Below, in pieces: positions 53,082 to 63,789 of a stretch of 64,000 nt of DNA. The stretch spans positions 496,001 through 560,000 of the forward strand of contig NW_027590140.1 in assembly GCF_964213995.1 (NCBI RefSeq). Reading direction: 5' to 3'. Source of the DNA: Mustelus asterias (Eukaryota). Both the position numbers and the translations under genes were made by a program. The notes below the pieces were generated by a model. The model was not told where the DNA came from. It did not search any database and saw nothing but the letters and a program-made list of their open reading frames with translations. Numbering within the stretch: position 1 is the first letter of the stretch; each line of letters starts with the position of its first letter.

Positions 53082-53388
53082 GCGGCACGGTAGCGCAGTG
53101 GTTAGCACTGCTGCTTCACAGCTCCAGGGTGCCGGGTTCGATTCCCGGCTCGGGTCACTGTCTGTGTGGAGTTTGCACGTTCTTCTCGTGTCTGCGTGGG
53201 TTTCCTCCCAAAGATGTGCGGGTTAGGTTGATTGGCCAGGTTAAAAATTGCCCCTTAGAATCCTAAAATGCGTCGGTTAGAGGGATTAGCGGGTAAATAT
53301 GTGGGGGTAGGGCCTGGGTGGGATTGTGGTCGGTGCAGACTCGATGGGCCGAATGACCTCCTTCTGCACTGTAGGGTTTCTATGATTC
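53082..53388 (+). mobile_element. HE1/V-SINE inserted in a Penelope-like repeat
   Basis: Near-identical to the copy at 6591, with an internal deletion. Confidence 0.85.
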
Positions 53389-53533
53389 TTGTTCGCATTC
53401 CAGCAGTAAATTTGTATATTTGAAGAGGCACTTGTCAGACAGACTTGTCCCTGATATACAAAAAAAATGCTGAAATAGAAACAAAGCGCCAAATTATCAT
53501 GGGTAGGTTAGATTAAAATCCTTGCAGGCAATC

Positions 53534-53599
53534 TCCCTGATGTTGTAGTGGTTAGGATTTGGTGCTTTTATCGCAGCGGTTCGATTCCGGCTCAGGGGA
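53534..53599 (+). pseudogene. tRNA-Glu pseudogene with deletion
   Basis: tccctgatgttgtagtggttaggatttggtgc...ggttcgattccggctcagggga. Confidence 0.65.
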
Positions 53600-54239
53600 T
53601 GAAGATTTATTGCCTTCTTGTAGCACATGGTTTAGGTGGAGATGGAATTACTTCCTGATCAAAAACATGAGTGATACTGGTGCCAGTTTCAACAGCAGAG
53701 AGAAAAATCTATCGAGTCGTCAATCAATAATCACCATTGATGAGAAATAGATTTCCGGCTGTTCCTGTTGTTAAAATGTTCTGTTCCATCGCAAAGAATA
53801 TCTGAAACAATATTGCCTCACTGACACGACACCAGGGAATTCCAGCTCAGGAAGTTTACTCTGGAGCCAGTGGGTTTTTGAGGTTGTCAATGGGTTCATT
53901 CCTCTTTTGTGTGTCAATGGCTGTGCTAATGATTCTTTACCTTCCTTCGTGATTCTCCGTGCGCCTATGTTTGAGTCGATTGGTTTGGGAATCTATCACT
54001 GCATTTACTTGCCTATGTGTTTATGCTGGTGTTGATTCTGTGTAGTATACGAGGCTTCCAGTGAACACAGAGGAGGAGTTATTTATGAATTACATGGTAA
54101 GCAACGCAAACTAATAGGTGTCAGAAATCTGCAGAATAATTCTGGATTTATAATGAGGGACGTTAGAATTGATGTCACTGGGCATATATCTATATGGTTA
54201 TATATCTTTATTCGTGTTTGTCTTTGCACGTGGCCGTGT

Positions 54240-54475
54240 GTGTATTTGTTCTGCCCATGTCTGCTGTGTTTCCTCGGGTGCTGTGCTTTCCTCCGACTGT
54301 CCAAAGATGTGCGGATTAGGTGGATTGGCCATGCTAAATTGACCCCGAGCGTCGGAGATTAGCAGGGTAAATTTGTGCGGTTACGGGAATAGGGCCTCGG
54401 TGGAATTGTAGCCGGTACAGACTCGCTGGGCCGAATGGCTTCCTTCTGTAGCGGTTCTATGATTCTCTGATCTCT
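54240..54475 (+). mobile_element. 5'-truncated HE1/V-SINE
   Basis: V-domain and CR1-like tail. Confidence 0.7.
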
Positions 54476-54533
54476 ATATGTGTCTTTGCAGTTGGCCTTG
54501 TGTGAACCTGCTTCCGATATGCGGCTGTGCTGT

Positions 54534-54566
54534 CCACGGGAGGGCGCTCTCTGATCACTTATAAAA
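54534..54566 (+). promoter_or_regulatory. CTCF-like motif plus TATA box of a TCR V promoter
   Basis: CCACGGGAGGGCGC (54534-54547) and TATAAAA (54560-54566). Confidence 0.45.
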
Positions 54567-54908
54567 GATCACGATCCTCTTCTCAAGGAAGCGTCTGTTT
54601 GAAGATGCAAAAATGGACGGAGAGAGGGAGTCACCTTCGACCTCCTCACATCCCCTTGACTGTTTTAACTCCTCCAATTGCAGGTCTGATGCAGACAGCG
54701 GTCACTCTCTCTTTTTCTGGTGTTCAGACGCGAAGCATGGGGTGAAACTCTGTCTGACTCCGATTGTTGTCCTGATTGCAGGTCTGTCATTTTGAACTTC
54801 TGCGTGAAATCCTCAATCACCATATTCATTCCCCATTTCCACCTCGAGGCGTTTATTCCGTTGTTGTTACTCCTTCTAACGCGCTGCGTTTCTGTTGCCG
54901 ATTTTCAG

Positions 54909-55257
54909 ACATGAGTAACGGAGACTCAGTATCCCAGTCAGAACCAGGAGTTGAAGCAGAAGAGGGTGAAGATTCAGCAATACCCTGCAGTTACTCGGTA
55001 CCGAGTTCAGCTGCACAACATTACCTGTTCTGGTATCGCCAGTATACACTCCGAACTCCTCAGTATCTGCTCAGAGCTGCTAGTTATGTATTTATCGAGA
55101 CGGCTCCTCGATTTGAACATTTCAGCGGGAATCTCAATCTGAAACAAAACACTCTTCACTTGTCAATGGACGATTTGAAGACGACAGACAGCGCCGTGTA
55201 TTACTGTGCACTGAGACCTGGAGTGAATGAGGTTCCCGCCGGCCTCATGCAAAAACT
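54909..55257 (+). pseudogene. TCR alpha/delta-type V, open reading frame but defective RSS; leader exon ends 54781
   Basis: DMSNGDSVSQ..IPCSYS..LFWYRQ..PQYLL..TDSAVYYCALRP; RSS TGGAGTG-23-GCAAAAACT; leader VKLCLTPIVVLIA lacks a proximal in-frame ATG (nearest is 54613). Confidence 0.85.
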
Positions 55258-55614
55258 GGCGCAGATCGAAAATCAATGGTTAATTGTCAGGAGAACACAT
55301 GGGATTAAAAATCAGAGAAAATGTGCCCACAGTACCTGACAATACAGCCCCATCTGAATGTTTTCGCTCACTGAGGTAAATGATTGTCACTGTTGGGAAA
55401 TTTGACATATATTTACTCATATTATACCAGATCAATTCCAATCGTTGCCCGATCCCATTCACACAAGTCTGCCGATCTTCCAGGTGAACAACGTCATCAA
55501 TCTATACTTTAAATGTTCCAGATCAGTTAACTGTCAGGCAGACCACACCTTTCAAAAGCGATCAAATATCCAAAGGCAGAATTAGAGTTGTCACATGTTG
55601 AAGTTGCTGGGTTC

Positions 55615-56394
55615 AAAATAATGACTGACTGAAATCAATGCTTCCCCAGTGGAACCGCATCTCAACGAATCGCAAAAGCTCAGTCTGCAACGAATCGCAA
55701 AAACTCAGTCTGCAGGTGCAGCAGGTGATCAAGAAGGCGAATGGAATGTTGGCCTTTATCGCGAGGGGTATAGAATATATAAGCAGGGAGGTCTTGCTGC
55801 AACTGTACAAGGCACTGGTGAGGCCGCAACTGGAGTATTGTGTGCAGTTTTGGTCCCCTTATTTGCGAAAGGATATATTGGCCTTGGAGGGAGTGCAGAG
55901 AAGGTTCACCAGGTTGATACCGGAGATGAGGGGTGTAGCTTATGAGGAGAGATTAAACAGATTGTGTCTGTACTCGTTGGAGTTTAGAAGGATGAGGGGT
56001 GATCTTATAGAGACATATAAGATAATGAAGGGGCTGGATAGGGTAGAGGTGGAGAGATTCTTTCCACTTAGAAGGGAAACCAGAACTAGAGGGCACAGCC
56101 TCAAAATAAGGGGGGCCGGTTCAGAACAGAGTTGAGGGGGAACTTCTTCTCTCAGAGGGTAGTGAATCTCTGGAATTCTCTGCCCATTGAAGTGGTGGAG
56201 GCTTCCTCGTTGAATATGTTTAAATCACGGGTAGATAGTTTTCTGATCGATAAGGGAATTAGGGAATATGGGGAGCAGGCGGGTAAGTGGAACTGATTCG
56301 CTTCAGATCAGCCATGATCTTGTTGAATGGCGGGGCAGGCTCGAAGGGCCAGATGGCCTACTCCTGCTCCTATTTCTTATGTTCTTATGTTCTT
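55615..56394 (+). mobile_element. CR1 LINE 3' fragment
   Basis: ORF 55638-56135 LYKALVRPQLEYCVQFWSP; cttatgtt tail. Confidence 0.88.
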
Positions 56395-56857
56395 CATGCG
56401 GAGTTGGGTGATTACTTTATCCCGGTGTACTTAGAACGGTATCTATTAATTATCCTCATACACTGGACACTAAATAACTGTGCATCAGACAGATTTCAAA
56501 TTATCTGTTTCATTTTTCACCTTGATTGAAAAGATTTGCCTCAAGAAATATACCGACATTGAGTTCGAAAGAAAGCGAGTTAAACCGAGAAAGAGACAGA
56601 ATGACTGAGAGCAAGAGGGTGAGAAAGACGCACACAGCCTGGGCTACAATTTGATTGGAGAAAGCCAACTGCCCTTCGTCGTCAGCAAACAGTGATTGGT
56701 CCAAAGCTAACGTCACCTCAGGGAGGTTAGCCAATCACAAAACTAAGAAACGCCCAACAATTGCAGTTGCCTCTGATCTGAGTTGACTCTGTGACATAAG
56801 ACTGGAAACAACAACATATTTTAAACAGTGTCGCTGTTTACTGTCCAATCAGGAACC

Positions 56858-57334
56858 ATGTGTTCCCTGTGTGCTTTACTGATAATAATGGTCATGCTGC
56901 CCGGTGAGTCTGAGCTCAAATCTCAAGTGTGTGCTTCATGGGTTATATTCACGCACAGATTTCTCACACGTTATATATGTTGTTACAGGAACTAATGGCC
57001 AAGATTCAGTTTTCCAGGAAGGAAATGCCCGAATTAACGGTCCAGGACGGAAATACAGTAATATTGAATTGCAATTACACAACAAGATACACTGGCGGGA
57101 CTCTCTTCTGGTACACTCAATATCCAGGGGAGCTCTGAGATATTTACTGAAGAAATACAGCACATGGCAGCGAGAAAAGTCTGCAGGTTTCCCTGACAGG
57201 TTCTCTGCTGATTTAGACCAAGGCAAGAAAGCATTTCCTTTAAATCACCGGTGTCCCTATCTCTGACTGTGTCGGTATCACTGTGCGCTGAACCTCACAC
57301 TGTTACAGAGGCACAGTCAGCCCGTACAAAAATC
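56858..57334 (+). pseudogene. TCR alpha/delta-type V pseudogene (leader 56858-56903, V exon 56989-57295, RSS 57296-57334)
   Basis: Leader MCSLCALLIIMVMLP; GTNGQDSVFQ / GNTVILNCNYT..LFWYTQYP / FPDRFSADL / YHCALN in shifting frames; CACACTG-23-ACAAAAATC. Confidence 0.9.
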
Positions 57335-57494
57335 AGCAAAGGCACTCTCACCTCCTATCATTGAATCAGGTCTGTGACCTGGATTGTGAACTCTTAATAT
57401 GAACAAAGCAACATTATAAGGAACAGTTGTGGCGAACGCTCTCTTTCTGTGGTGCTGAGCGTGTGTTAATTGATGAGAAATTCCTCTTCATATA

Positions 57495-57792
57495 AGTTTT
57501 CACAGTGCAGAAAGAGACCATTTGCACAAACCACAACCACATCCAGGCCCTATCCCCATATTTGCATGCATTTACCCCACCACCTGACAATAAGAGGCAA
57601 TTTATCATGGCCAATCCACCAAACCCGCACATCTTTGGACTGTGCGAGGAAACGGGAGCACCCGGAGTAAACCCATGAAGACATGGAAAATATGTGCAAA
57701 CTCCACACAGACAGTGACCCAAGCCGGGAATCAAACCCTTGCCCCTGGCGCTGTTTTGTATCAGTGCTAACTACTATGCCACGACGCCGCGC
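57495..57792 (-). mobile_element. HE1/V-SINE
   Basis: Reverse complement of the SINE body. Confidence 0.75.
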
Positions 57793-58185
57793 CATTTACA
57801 CACGACTCCCTCAATGGAAAACTCTGGGTTTGGTATCAAAGTTTTGACCAATATCCATCATTGTTCTATCTCAAAGATTAACTCCTTAAGAGCACCAACA
57901 TTCGTTTTAACGCACTCTCTGCGCCATGGAGAACGATAGTTATTCGGTCGTTTAATTTATTCGGGGCAGTTGATAGATGCATGGATATTCAGGGAAATAA
58001 GGGATATGAGATTGTGCAGGAATCTGGTTGTGAGCTAAATCAACAATGATCTTACGAAACGGCGGTAGCTGGCACCAATGAAGGATCAAATGGTCCATTC
58101 CAGCTCCGGTTCCCTATTCTCTGAAGATCTTCTGCCCAGTTCATTGTTCTGAAAAAAATATTTAAATGGTTCCTGCTCCTCTCTC

Positions 58186-58300
58186 TGACGTCATGGATTG
58201 GAGAACAAAGTCACTCCGAGCTGATTGGATTAAATATAGGACAATGGAGCTGTGAGCTGATTGGGTGTCTCCTGCTGGCTCTGTCAGGAATGAACCAATC
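58186..58300 (+). promoter_or_regulatory. V promoter: palindromic CRE plus several CCAAT boxes
   Basis: TGACGTCA at 58186-58193, followed by three ATTGG and one CCAAT. Confidence 0.55.
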
Positions 58301-58391
58301 GCCGTGAGGACGGATAATACACAAAATCTTCTGAACTCTGAACTAAAACAATTGAACTTTAACTCACTGAGTTCAGATCCAACACCAGCTC

Positions 58392-58717
58392 TGTGAACTT
58401 TGTGGCTTTGGTTCTTTACTTATTCTTACAGCTGCAGGTCTCTCAACTGGTAAGTTCCCAAGTTGCACAGTTCGCGGACGATACTGACACAGCGATCTTC
58501 CCTTTAACATTGTTTCCTTTATTTGCAATTATTTAATTACCTTGATCACATTGTTTCTAGTAAAGTGAAAATGACAACGCTAAAGCTCTTATTTCTATTT
58601 TTGCAGGTATCAGTGGTGCAGTTTCTATCTCTCATGAGTCGGTTGTTGCAACAAAGGTTGAAGCAGGATCGCTGACGATTAATTAAAATTTAATCAAGTG
58701 ATATGATAGTCCTTTGG
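58392..58717 (+). pseudogene. Truncated V pseudogene (leader 58392-58449 without ATG; FR1-CDR1 58607-58717)
   Basis: ELCGFGSLLILTAAGLST|gtaag...ttgcag|GISGAVSISHESVVATKVEAGSLTIN*, then shifted SSDMIVLW. Confidence 0.65.
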
Positions 58718-58760
58718 GTTTATAAATTCTTTTTGCTGTTTTTCACTCTGATCTGCACTG

Positions 58761-59080
58761 CGGTGACTGTTGAACATGAGTTGCTGCAGCTCCCTCAGTG
58801 GATGGAAGTTAGTGAAGAGGGAATCGTAACCATGAATTGTACCAGCGCCAGGGTGATGAACATGGTGCATTGGTACAGACAGTTCCCAAATCAACCACCT
58901 CAACATCTGGTGATGGTCATAAGAGAAACCAATCAACACGGGAGGATGACTGCCACAGTCGGGGGAGACAACAAACTCAGTGTCCTGACTGTGAGAGAGA
59001 CCCAGCTAACAGACACTGTCGCCTATCTCTGCGCCGTGAGGCACAGTGTAACAAATGTATCGAGAGCTCGTACAGAAACC
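58761..59080 (+). CDS. TCR alpha-like V exon, open, with good 23-RSS but no AG acceptor
   Basis: AVTVEHELLQ..VTMNCTS..VHWYRQFPNQPPQHL..GRMTAT..TDTVAYLCAVR; CACAGTG-23-ACAGAAACC; acceptor position reads CTG. Confidence 0.85.
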
Positions 59081-59904
59081 GACACCGAGTGGCAACTGAG
59101 CTCTACTGTGTTTGGGGGATCGGCGTTGCAAGTGGCGTGGTAATAATAAGGGCTGGAGGATTGTGCAAGAAAGCAAGTGCATCTAACAGAGAAAGAACTA
59201 AAGCGGATCAGAAATGAAGAACTTTGGAAACATAAACACAGAGAAATAAAAAGCAAACAGAAAAAGGAACAGCGGAAAAATGCAGTAATCATGACGAGCA
59301 AAGGACAAAACATTCGTGAACTATGGAAAAATAAATGGAATAATGTCTAAAATGACCAGCGTCAGACAGAGAGGTTAAAAAATAGGTCAAGTTATAAATG
59401 AAAATAATCCCCAAAAAAGTTGCATTTAAATGCTTTATCAAAATTCGTACTTTGTTTAGAGTTAGACAGTTAAATTTTCTGATACAGTTTCCTGATAACT
59501 GGCTGTTGGATATTGCCGCATTGAAAAATTAACAATTTTTCCAACGTTCTGATGCTGCAAAATTATTTAAAATTTCTAGATGCTGGAATGTCCTTCCCTG
59601 CAACTTGGGAAATGTGCTCATTTTCTGCAAACTTTGTCTAAACCAGTAACATACTGTGACCATATCAACTGATGCCCAAAAACGGAGAGTGGAGTTGAAA
59701 GGAGGATTATACATTAATTCAGGTTTATCACAGTTACATCATTGCAGTGTTAATGTAAACCTACTTGTGAAACTCATAAATAAACTTGCACTTAAACTTT
59801 TAATTAATACAGACGTGGATATATCATGAAAAGATAAAATGGGTGTGAGACCATCACACATTGATTTGTGAAATTAGTTTTGAGTACAGATGTAATTTTT
59901 TATT

Positions 59905-60097
59905 ATTATTTATCAGTCACAAGTAAGGCTTATATTAGCACTGCAGTGAAGTTACTGTGAAATTCCCTTCATCGCGATATTCCGGCGCCTGCTTGGGTCA
60001 ATGCACCTATCCAGCACATCTTTCAGAATGCAGGAGGAAACCGAGCAAATGAAGAAACCGACGCAGACACGGGAAGAATGTGTAAACTCCACACAGT
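59905..60097 (-). mobile_element. SINE fragment
   Basis: Reverse complement of the 6159-type SINE, cut off at the CR1. Confidence 0.65.
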
Positions 60098-62403
60098 CCT
60101 CTTGTGAAGAGGAAGAAGGAGACTTCTGCAAACATGAGACGTGGTGCCTCATTTAGGGCGCTTGAGAGTGACAAGTTAGCCAGGAAGGACCTAAAGAGAG
60201 AGTTAAGAAGAGCCAGGAGGGGACATGAGAAGTCTTTGGCAGGTAGGGTCAAGGAAAACCCTAAAGCTTGCTATCGGTATGTCAGGAATAAAAGAATGAC
60301 TGGGGTGAGATTAGGGCTAGTCAAGGACAGTAGTGGGACCTTGTGCGTGGAGCCTGAAGAGGTAGGAGAGGCGCTAAATGAATATTTTTCGACAGTATTC
60401 ACGCAGGAAAAAGACAATGTTGTCGAGGAGAATACTGAGATACAGGCTATTGGACTAGACGGGATTGACATTAATAAGGAGGAGGTGTTAGCAGTTCTGG
60501 AAAGTGTGAAAATAGATAAGTCCCCTGGGCCGGATGGGATTTATCTCAGGATTCTCTGGGAGGCTAGGGAGGAGATTGCAGAGCCTTTGGCTTTGATCTT
60601 TCATAGAATCATAGAAACCCTACAGTGCAGAAGGAGGCCATTCGGCCCATCGAGTCTGCACCGACCACAATCCCACCCAGGCCCGTCCCCCACATATTTT
60701 ACCCGCTAATCCCTCTAACCTACACATCCCAGGACTCTAAGGGGCAATTTTTTAACCTGGCCAATCAACCTAACCCGCACATCTTTGGACTGTGGGAGGA
60801 AACCGGAGCACCCGGAGGAAACCCACGCAGACACGAGGAGAATGTGCAAACTCCACACAGACAGTGACCCGAGCTGGGAATCGAACCCGGGACCCTGGAG
60901 CTGTGAAGCAGCAGTGCTAACCACTGTGCTACCGTGCCGGTCATCATTTTCTACAGGAATAGTGCCAGAAGACTGGAGGATAGCAAATGTTGTCCCGTTG
61001 TTCAAGAAGGGAAGTAGAGACAACCCTGGTAATTATAGACCAGTGAGCCTTACTTCTGTTGTGGGCAAAGTTTTGGAAAGGATTATAAGAGATAGGATTT
61101 ATAATCATCTAGAGAGGAATAATTTGAATAGCGATAGTCAGCACGGTTTTGTGAAGGGTAGGTCGTGCCTCACAAACGTTATTGAGTTCTTTGAGAAGGT
61201 GACCAAAGAGGTGGATGAGGGTAAAGCACTTGATGTGGTGTCTATGGATTTCAGTAAAGCGTTTGGTAAGGTACCCCACGGTAAGCTATTGCGGAAGATA
61301 TGGAGGCATGGGATTGAGAGTGATTTAGCGGTTTGGACCAGGAATTGGCTAGCTGTAAGAAGACAGAGGGTGGTGGTTCATGGGAAATGTTCATCATGGA
61401 GTTGAGTTACTAGCGGTGTACCGCAAGGATCTGTTTTGGGGCTACTGCTGTTTGTCATTTTTATAAATGACCTGGATGAGGGCGTAGAAGGATGGGTTAG
61501 TACATTTGTGGATGACAATAAAGTCGGTGGAGTTGTGGACAGTGCGAAAGTTTGTTGCAGGTTACAGAGGGACATAGATAAGCTGCAGTGCTGGGCTGAG
61601 AGGTGGCAAATGGAGTTCAATGCGGAAAAGTGTGCGGTGATTCACTTTGGAAGGAGTAACATGATTACAGAGTACGTCGCTAATGGTAAGATACTTGGTA
61701 GTATGGATGAACAGAGAGATCTCGGTGTCCATCTGCGCAGATCCCTGAAAGTTGTCATCCATGTTGATAGGGTTGTTAAGAAGGCGTACGGAGTGTTAGC
61801 TTTTATTGGTAGAGGGATTGAGTTTCAGAGCCAGGAGGTCATGTTGCAGCTGTACAAAACTTTGGTGCGGCCGCATTGGAGCATTGTGTCCAGTTCTGGT
61901 CACCGCATTATAGGAATGATGTGGATGCATTGGAAAGGATGCAGAGGAGATTTACTAGGATGTTGCCTGGTATGGTGGGAAGGTCTTATGAGGAAAGGCT
62001 GAGGGACTTGAGGTTTTTTTGGTAGAGAGAAGAAGGTTAAGTGGTGACTTAATAGAGGCATACAAGGTGATCAGAGGATTAGGTAGGGTGGATAGTGAGA
62101 CCATTTTTCCTCGGATGGTGATAGCTAGCACGAGGCGACATATCTTTAAATTGAGGGGTGACAGATATAGAGCAGATGTCAGAGGTAGGTTCTTCACTCA
62201 GAGAGTGGTAAGGGCTTGGAATGCCCTGCCTGCAGCAGTAATGGACTCGCCAACATTAAGGCATTTAAATGGTCATTGGATAAACATATGGATGATGTTG
62301 GAATGGTGTAGGGAGATGAGCTTTAGATTGGTTTCACTGGTCGGCACATCATCGAGGGCCGAAGGGCCTGCACTGCGCTGTAATGTTCTATGTTCTATGT
62401 TCC
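60097..62403 (+). mobile_element. CR1 LINE (disrupted RT) interrupted by a SINE
   Basis: ORFs 60104-60600 and 60940-62400 with KSPGPDG, YRPVSLT, DFSKAF, FFTQRVV; ttctatg tail. Confidence 0.9.
60603..60938 (-). mobile_element. Young HE1/V-SINE nested in CR1
   Basis: Near-exact reverse complement of the copy at 6591. Confidence 0.88.
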
Positions 62404-62604
62404 ATGTTCAGACAGTGACCCAAGCCGGGAATCGAAACAGCGTCCCTGGCACTGTGAGGCAGCTGTGCCAACATGCCACTCACGTGTTAGTTAGGTTAGT
62501 TAGAAACAACTAACATAATTCCTCAGTTGTTGTTCCTCCTCTTGTTCGGTGTTGTGTTCTGTGTTGATATTTTATTAATGGCTCTGTGACCACCCTCAGG
62601 AAGC

Positions 62605-62618
62605 GCGCCCTCCGCTGA
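62605..62618 (-). promoter_or_regulatory. CTCF-type motif downstream of the inverted V RSS
   Basis: Minus strand TCAGCGGAGGGCGC, in a block homologous to 34987-35025. Confidence 0.5.
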
Positions 62619-62643
62619 TCAATAACTGGAACTTCCAGTCTGC

Positions 62644-62978
62644 AGTTATTGTCCGGAATCCTCTCGATCTCTGCAGCAGTGTGGGCTGCACGGCACATAA
62701 GTACACTGCGCTGTCGGAGAAGAGCATCCCAGCGATAGTTAAAGAAACTATTTTGTGTTTCTTGCTCACACCAGCAGGAAATCTCTATAGAAAACTTGAA
62801 AAGTACGTTTCCGTGCTGTATAACGTCAACAGATACATTGAGCCTTCCCCGGCAGACTGGATGTACCATAACAGAATTCGACCAGCTGTCGAGTAACTGC
62901 AATCCAGTCTTATTGTGTGTCCTTGCTGAACCCTAAATTCAGAAAGATCCTGGGACAGTTTATCTTTGCCATTGTTTC
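62644..62978 (-). pseudogene. Inverted TCR alpha/delta-type V pseudogene (absent as such from the ORF track)
   Basis: GNNGKDKLSQDLSEFRVQQGHTIRLDCSYSTAGRILLWYIQ..FL*RFP..SDSAVYLCAVQP; stop at 62785-62787, in-phase acceptor AG>AA, RSS CACACTG-24-ACAATAACT. Confidence 0.88.
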
Positions 62979-63789
62979 TTGCAACAAAATATAGGATTGA
63001 TTAAATATCTGGTAGTGAACGTTGGGAACAGACAGTGACGATTTGAACACAGAATCACTGGACAACAAGATTAGTAAAGAAACATCGGGACAACTTGCTT
63101 GCTACTATAGAATTGTACAAAAGAGCAGAATTTTTAAAGTATATCAACACTTCCAATCTGACATGAAGAAGTAATTTCATATCATAGATAAGTTTCATTT
63201 ATTGAGAAATTGATGGGCGCTCACCAAGGACAGAATTGGCTGGTCTCTCAGTGCTGTCAGCAATTGGGCACCAATCAGTATTGGCTGTAGCCCACTTACT
63301 TTACCTGACTGTTTCTCTATCTCCCTCTGTCTGTCTTTTTCTGCATCCACGGATCTTCTGACCTTCTCTGTGTCTGTTTGTCTCCTTCGATCGTTTGGTC
63401 TCTCTCTCTCCCTCTGTGTCAGCCACCTTTCTGTGTGTCTCTGAACCTGTCCCTCCTTCAGCTGTGTTCCAGGAAAGTGCAGGATATGGAACATGCACAT
63501 TTTCCCAGTCTCCCATTTCAACAAGCTCCCCAAACAAAGCGTCCCATTATTGGGAGCAGTTATCGCGCACAATATACACAGACACAAATCTGAGATTTAA
63601 AAAAAATGGAGCACGTACATTGAACCCCCGCAGTATATCAGATCAACGTGAAAATAGAGTTATATTTGCATCCTTTGTTTGCGTGAACATTTAAGACTCC
63701 TCATTCTGTAAGTATTCTTCTAGTGCCAAATTGTGTAACACAGGCATAATTTAACGGGCTGTTCTAGGATAGTAAAATCAAATAAATGA

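Noticed and set aside
58761-59041. Bona fide NAR-TCR supporting V
   Set aside because: No extra Cys, no upstream NAR D/J, and the exon begins with a leader-part-2-like peptide; kept only as an alternative hypothesis
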